Assembly: GCF_964213995.1 (NCBI RefSeq)
Contig: NC_135809.1
Coordinates: 97,340,001 to 97,404,000 of the forward strand
Length of the DNA stretch: 64,000 nt
Reading direction: 5' to 3'
DNA from: Mustelus asterias
Taxonomy: Eukaryota
The position numbers and the translations under genes are program-made. Numbering within the stretch: position 1 is the stretch's first letter; each line of letters starts with the position of its first letter. The notes beneath the pieces were generated by a model. The model made no database searches and was not told where the DNA came from. It saw only the letters and a program-made list of their open reading frames with translations. Below, in pieces: positions 62,091 to 64,000 of this stretch.

Positions 62091-64000
62091 TTAGAACATT
62101 TAGAACCATGGAACATTGCAAATATTCTCCTCTAAAAGACACAGTTTCGTGCCTTCACTGAACCAGCAAAAGTTTCCCAGACTTGGTCATCTAAGCTGTA
62201 TTGTGTGGTAACTATGAGCTGGATTTGACTTCTAAAGTTACTAAGGCAGATGTTGCTTGGAAAAAGGGTTGTCTTAGTGAGTTCAGGGTTCATGCGCATA
62301 TTTTGGGAACAAGAGGTAATTTCAGATAAAACGGTGCATTTAGTTATTAATATACTTCAGTGTCATAATGTAATTTAGTCTTTCTTGTGTGTTTTTCATT
62401 TCTTTGACATTAATAAATACTCTTTATTAATTGTTTACACAACGACTCGACTGGTTCCTCATTGGGTTGTACATTGTTCCTCACATTATTCCAAACAAAT
62501 ATACACCACTAAAACCAGTGTTTCAAGTTATCCTTTGGGGTTTTGGGCACTCTCGTGGGTAACATCAGCGTGGACTTTAACATTTAGCCATCACCTGTTC
62601 TTCACCTAATCACTTTACATGTCAGTCTCTTTTAGTGGGGTAAATGTTTTCCTCCTTTCCCTCATTCTGGTCATTCTTATAAGCTGTTCCTCTATAATAA
62701 TTTTTAGTTCTTGTAAGAGGTTTTTTTTTCTAATATCAATATTTCTATTCTATTGACTAATACTGCCTGCCTCACTCAATGTTTTATCAGCGTTTTCTGC
62801 TTCTGTTGCATTCTTTTGGGTTACCCTTGTGTCTGAACCATTTTAATCAGCCAATCCAATCAAATTGCTGAGAAAACACTGCAAAGTACTGCTATACTGC
62901 CTGATGGACCTTGCTCACTGGAACACTGGCTTACAGTGCTATCTAGAGACAACCCTCATTGTCATCGGGGATCTAAGTTGAGCATTTATTTATCAAAAGC
63001 ACCCTGGAGTATTGCACACCTGCTGGGCTCTGATTGTGGATTACCAAGTCTTGGACAAGCTTGGTTCCAATCATACATGCTATTTTGAAGTTAGCTATAA
63101 AAAGGATGAGATCCTTTTGCATCTCATCTCAGGGAGAGTAAATAGTTGCATTGGGTTGTACACTGACCATCAAACTTTAACTTGGATCTGAGCTCATTTT
63201 ACAAAAAAGTAAAACACAAAAAACTATGTCATATCTTTCCCTTTTCTACAATAATTGAACCTGCATATCTCACTGAATGATGAGTGCTGGACAAACTGCA
63301 ACATTTTCAGTCTATCGGATTAATGAGCAATATCTTGCAGGCCACACGATGGGTTTGACTGCACTCACACTTTTTTCTCATTGCCCCTTTTAAATGTGGA
63401 GTAGCGTTTTCAGATGCCCATTGCTCTGAGTTGCACTCCTCTGCCCTCTAACATTTTGCATGCAATTACCAGATGGAAAATATTAGCTCTGCTGAATAAA
63501 ACATGGCACAGTCTTGCTGCTAACCAACACAGGTTGGATGAATCTGTCATTTAAGCAGCATGACTTTCTGTGGCCAATTCTGTAATCCATGAGCAATGTG
63601 ATACTAAACAAGGAATCTAGTGTTATCCAATCAGCCCAGTTCTGAAAATCCCTGTTTAGTGGAAGCATTGCCAAATCTCCTAAATTTTGTGAGAGCAAAC
63701 TGAAACAGGAGCCAAAATGACACTTCATCCTTACTTCATACATTTGTGGGCTATCCAACCAATTTTAACACTCTGCCTTTTGCTGTTAACGCTCACATTG
63801 ACCACCTCTGAGCTGTCTGTGCTTTTAATCTTTCTTTCAACTAGTTATCAGGAAGAAATCAGGGATGGCATTTAATAAAAGGGTATCGTTAAGAAACACA
63901 GTTAACACACACAATTCTATGTCCCGAATGTCAAAAGCTGATCTTTCATCAAGTTTTATGCTATTGTAAACAAGGGGTCCTTTCCTCCTCAGTACAGTTG

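Noticed and set aside
62130-62582. Possible solo LTR ending ...tttaaca
   Set aside because: It has AATAAA and a CA end, but no second copy, 5' boundary or TSD could be identified.

Overview
This is eukaryotic DNA, most likely intronic or intergenic sequence from a shark or other elasmobranch (inferred from HE1-like tRNA SINEs, CR1, Rex1 and Penelope elements). No host protein-coding gene can be called with confidence, and most of the ORF track consists of TE fragments or chance ORFs. The main content is: (1) two young, full-length Ty3/Gypsy (Mag-like) LTR retrotransposons from sister subfamilies (2516-7218, TSD TGGAG; 44581-49301, TSD CTTAT); (2) many CR1 LINE pieces; (3) a Rex1 LINE; (4) nested Penelope-like elements with minimal hammerhead ribozymes; (5) a Harbinger transposase relic and MITE-like elements; (6) at least three SINE types. 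The most notable signal is in the two LTR elements. Neither has a tRNA primer-binding site. Instead, the PBS position is perfectly complementary (15 and 13 nt, co-varying between subfamilies) to the element's own LTR segment ending in AATAAAA. Both also have a non-canonical YLDN RT motif and a hairpin over the PPT. Together these suggest tRNA-independent self-priming coupled to masking of the poly(A) signal. Coordinates and mismatch counts were read by eye; boundaries of old repeats are approximate.
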